A DNA stretch of 64,000 bases, taken from contig OY970343.1 of the NCBI GenBank assembly GCA_963717525.1, forward strand, positions 640,001 through 704,000, read 5' to 3'. Below the pieces are notes generated by a model. The model saw only the letters and a list, made by a program, of their open reading frames with translations, was not told the origin of the DNA and searched no databases. Shown piece after piece: positions 61,154-64,000 of the stretch (position 1 is its first letter; the number at the start of each line of letters is the position of its first letter). The DNA comes from an uncultured Methanoregulaceae archaeon. GTDB taxonomy: Archaea > Halobacteriota > Methanomicrobia > Methanomicrobiales > Methanospirillaceae. The translations under genes and the position numbers were made by a program.

Positions 61154-61929
61154 AGACCCTGGTGACGATGGGCCGGGGCGGAACCGGTAAGACGAGTTTT
61201 GTCGCGATGCAGACAAAATATTTCCTCGAACAGGATGAGGCGCCGTTTCTCCTTGTGGATATCGATCCTGACCAGAACCTTGCCGAGATGGTGGGTGTCG
61301 ATCTTGAAAAGGAAGGCATAAAGACGATCGCCGAACTGGTCACGGATACTTTCATTAAGAAAGGAGGGACGATGACCGGGATAGCCCCGGTCGAACGGAT
61401 CGAGAACCGGGTGCTCCGGGAAGGGCTCTACGAAGGCAGCCACTTCGATCTGATCGCCGTAGGGACCAAGTGGATCGAGGGCTGTTACTGCATGCCCGAT
61501 GCCGCGCTCAAGGGAGCGCTTGGGGTGCTCACGAAAAACTACCGGTACGTGCTGGTCGATTCCCCGGCTGGCCTTGAGCATCTTAACCGAAAGATCACCG
61601 CAGCCGTCAACGATATCTTTGATGTGATGGGCCCTTCGCATAAGTCCTTCGCCCATGTCCTGCGTGCAGACCGGATCACCCGGGAGGTCGGGATTGCGTT
61701 TGATCGTTTCTTTGTGGTCGGGGGCTGCCTCTTTCCCTCCGGCCTTGAGGCGAAGGCGCAGGTGGAGACCGGCCGGGAATACCTGGGAAAGATCGTCTTT
61801 GATTCCATGGTGCAGGAATCGGTCATCGCCGGCCGGTCGCTTCTTGATATTCCGGTGAGTTCCCCGGCGTACCGTTCCGTCTGCACACTTATGGAGAAGG
61901 CTGGTTACGGGGAGGCAGGATCAGGATGA
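61150..61929 (+). CDS. Second CooC/AcsF-like ATPase
   Basis: GRGGTGKT, D.DPDQNL, EGCYC and DSPAGLEHLNR motifs. Confidence 0.85.
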   Translation: MKTLVTMGRGGTGKTSFVAMQTKYFLEQDEAPFLLVDIDPDQNLAEMVGVDLEKEGIKTIAELVTDTFIKKGGTMTGIAPVERIENRVLREGLYEGSHFDLIAVGTKWIEGCYCMPDAALKGALGVLTKNYRYVLVDSPAGLEHLNRKITAAVNDIFDVMGPSHKSFAHVLRADRITREVGIAFDRFFVVGGCLFPSGLEAKAQVETGREYLGKIVFDSMVQESVIAGRSLLDIPVSSPAYRSVCTLMEKAGYGEAGSG

Positions 61930-62050
61930 TCGCTGCCGTCACCGCTTCCTGCGCCCCGGTCGGCAAGTCGATTCGGTTAAAAACCTGTACGATAAATATA
62001 ATCCTTTATTCCTGTATTTTAGTTAAGAATGTACCCCGGTTGTGCTGCTG

Positions 62051-64000
62051 TTGACAGAAAAAAAGATAGCGCTTACCATTAAAGAGCTGGATGCCGGTTT
62101 TGGCCGTATCCGGGATCTCTCGGTCTCCATCGGAAAACTGTCTGCGGGGGACTGGACGGAACCTGAGGGCCCGACCCCATATCCTTCCCTTGCAACACTC
62201 CGGGCCTGGGATCGGAAACTTCTTTCCAAGTACCAGCCGTTCTACATGCCATTCTGCGATCTCTGCTGCCTGTGCACGTATGGCAAGTGCGATCTTACCG
62301 GCACCAAAAAGGGAGCCTGCGGTATTTCGATGCCCGGCCCAGCAGGCCCGCACGGTTCTTTTGGCCGCATGTATCGGTGCAGCCACTCATACGAGCCATG
62401 CGCGTGAACTGGTAACGTACGCGATTAAACGTGCCGGCCGTGACTGTTCCATCGACCCCGGCGGAAATGCGATCGGCGTGGAGGCCCCGGTGATCCGGCT
62501 TGTGTGCGGGGAAAAACCGAAAACTCTTGCCGATCTTGAAACGGTCCTCGATTACTGCGAGAGCCAGATTACCTCCCTTCTTGCGGTGACGCATACCGGG
62601 CAGGAAGGCGATTCCCTTGATTTCGAGAGCAAGGTGCTCCATGCCGGTATGATCGACCAGGTGGGTATGGAGGTGGCCGATCTTGCGCAGATATCTGCCC
62701 TCGGGTACCCGAAAGCCGACCCCGATGCCCCGCTTGCGGCACTCGGCATGGGGACGGTCGAGACCACAAAACCGGTTATCCTTGTGATCGGCCACAACGT
62801 GCCTCCATCAGTTGCCATTATCGATTATCTCTCCCGGGAGAGTCTTTCAGACCAGGTTGAGGTGACGGGGATCTGCTGCACCTCGATCGATGCAAGCAGG
62901 TACTCCCCGCGGGCGAAGATTATCGGGCCCATGTCCTGGCAGCTCCGGTACATCCGGAGCGGTATCCCCGACGTTATTGTCGTGGATGAGCAGTGTGTCC
63001 GGACCGATGCGTTTTATGAGGCTTCAGCCGTAGAGACGCCATTCATTGCAACGTCAGACAAGAACTGCATGGGCCTTCCCGACCGGACAAATGACCCGGC
63101 CGATGCCATTGTTGCGGATCTTATAACAGGCCGGCAGAAAGGTGTCCTGATTCTCGATCCGGAAAAGGCAGGCGAGGTGGCAGTACGGGTAGCCCGTATT
63201 GTTATGCCTGCCCGGAGAAAAGCCACTACAGCCATCTCCCCGGAGACCATCCGTGAACAGGCTTCTGACTGTACGCAGTGTCGGCTCTGCCAGAGGGCAT
63301 GCCCCAACGATCTTGCAATCCCGCAGGGAATGAAAGCAGCAGGTGATGGCGATCTCTCGCTTCTTTCTGCCCTGTACGAAACCTGCGTGGGGTGCGCCAG
63401 GTGCGAGCAGGCCTGCACAAAGAAGATTCCGGTACATTCATTGATTGTCTCTGCGGCAGCAGAGAAGATAAAAAATGAGAAATTTGTGATCCGTACCGGG
63501 AGGGGCGCGATCCAGGATATCGAGATCCGTAATGTCGGGGGTCCTATTGTGCTTGGCGAGATCCCGGGCGTGGTCGGGTTTGTAGGCTGCTCCAATTTTG
63601 CAAACGGGGGAAAAGAGGTTGCAGAGATGAGCGTGGAGTTTGCCAAGCGCCGGTACGTTGTCTGCACCTCGGGCTGCGCCGCAATGTCTATCGGGATGTA
63701 CCGGGACGAGGACGGCAGAACCCCGTACGAACAATTCCCGGGAAGTTTTACCGCGGGGGGGATCGTAAACGTCGGTTCCTGTGTCGCAAATGCCCATATT
63801 GCTGGGGCGACCATAAAGATTGCAAGCATCTTTGCCCGGCGTAACCTGCGCGGGAACTATGCCGAAATCGCGGATTATGTCCATAACCGTGTCGGTGCGG
63901 TTGGCGTGGCGTGGGGCGCGATGTCCCAGAAGGCAGCGGCGATAGCAAGCGGGTTCTGGCGCCTTGGGATCCCGGTGGTGGTCGGGCCGCACGGGACCAA
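62051..64000 (+). CDS. cdhA: CO dehydrogenase/acetyl-CoA synthase alpha subunit (runs off the window end; +1 frameshift ~62333)
   Basis: GPTP.P....LR.WD, CDLCCLCTYGKC, GHNV, GICCT, two ferredoxin motifs, SGC and GSCV.N.H. Confidence 0.95.

Noticed and set aside
1402..62340. Mass pseudogenisation, or Sec/Pyl readthrough, in the split genes
   Set aside because: All breaks are single-base frameshifts rather than in-frame TGA/TAG codons, they hit essential genes, and the flanking protein sequence shows no decay.
1..64000. CRISPR array, integrase, transposase, restriction or defence genes
   Set aside because: No regularly spaced 25-40 bp repeats and no such protein motifs were seen.

Overview
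Core-genome segment (high GC, CCGG-rich) of a hydrogenotrophic methanogenic archaeon, most likely Methanomicrobiales and Methanoregula-like (inferred from gene content and order, not from a search). It carries the coenzyme F430 genes cfbA-E-D-B, hydrogenase maturation hypC-A-E, two cooC genes before the start of cdhA, cofE, cobY/cobD, lysine genes (dapA/dapB/asd), cdrS-ftsZ2, PCNA/priL, psmB-fttA, serS, ilvE, an NRAMP-like/MgtE-domain Mg2+ uptake operon, several secreted PEGA/TPR surface proteins and two tRNAs (Glu-TTC, Ser-TGA). No CRISPR array, integrase, transposase or defence locus was seen. About 15 single-base frameshifts break conserved genes, and 11 of them fall exactly on CCGG, which points to a motif-linked (possibly methylation-linked) sequencing artefact rather than pseudogenisation. 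The best novelty candidates are non-coding or cryptic: a structured leader on the Mg2+ transporter operon, a ~126-bp MITE/REP-like element, an 11/22-bp phased repeat array upstream of cdrS-ftsZ2, a long structured leader before the coiled-coil gene, a shared (T/A)PL-TM-basic C-terminal anchor on surface proteins, and histone-H1-like tails on IlvE and DapA. All product calls come from motif recognition only.
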